A stretch of 63,512 nt of DNA, the filler included, from Octopus bimaculoides (Eukaryota): assembly GCF_001194135.2 (NCBI RefSeq). It is 6 parts of 6 records of this genome, joined end to end, with 100 filler letters (N's around TTAATTAATTAA, not from the genome) between each part and the next. Parts side by side here need not be neighbours in the genome. Positions count along the whole stretch, not along the records: positions 61,537 to 63,512 come from NW_026301139.1; 5 more parts are not named here. The stretch is one strand, 5' to 3'. The notes under the pieces were generated by a model. The model made no database searches and had not been told where the DNA came from. It was given only the letters and a program-made list of their open reading frames with translations. Each line of letters starts with the position of its first letter. The stretch's first letter is position 1. A program made the position numbers and the translations under genes. Of the stretch, positions 63,415 to 63,512 are shown one piece after another.

Positions 63415-63512
63415 CGGTACCAGGCCCGAAATTTTGGGGTAGGGGCCAGTCGATTAGATAGACCCCAGTACACAACTGTTACTTAATTTATCGACCCCGA
63501 AAGGATGAAAGG
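63415..63512 (-). mobile_element. SINE family B tail, cut by the window edge
   Basis: caggcccgaaattttgggg...gaccccagt...atcgaccccgaaaggatgaaagg. Confidence 0.8.

Overview
AT-rich, microsatellite-dense animal genomic DNA with many assembly gaps. It is most likely an octopus (inference from the [16 protein letters not shown] finger style, tRNA-derived SINE families and (AT)/(AC)/(AG)n load). I can support three protein-coding loci. (1) A spliced minus-strand SLC46/PCFT-like MFS transporter at 6495-17511: four coding exons recovered by hand, with the middle of the protein apparently lost in a 100-N gap. (2, 3) Two 327-aa C2H2 zinc-finger genes with no effector domain (22829-23812 minus, 31456-32439 plus). 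The most notable structure is that the two zinc-finger genes are a head-to-head pair apparently made by inverted duplication. A ~330-bp inverted repeat (25320-25670 / 26105-26434) carries mirror-image non-coding first exons with identical GTAAGAT donors around a ~440-bp candidate bidirectional promoter. Their acceptor/5'UTR regions are also homologous, yet their DNA-contact residues have diverged almost completely. The rest is transposon debris: at least four SINE families (two forming head-to-tail arrays), CR1, RTE, CRE-like and Penelope remnants, several Tc1/mariner/pogo lineages, and small non-autonomous DNA elements with recoverable target-site duplications. There are also a few unexplained inverted repeats that could form dsRNA. 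No database search was run; family calls rest on motifs read by eye, and repeat boundaries are approximate.
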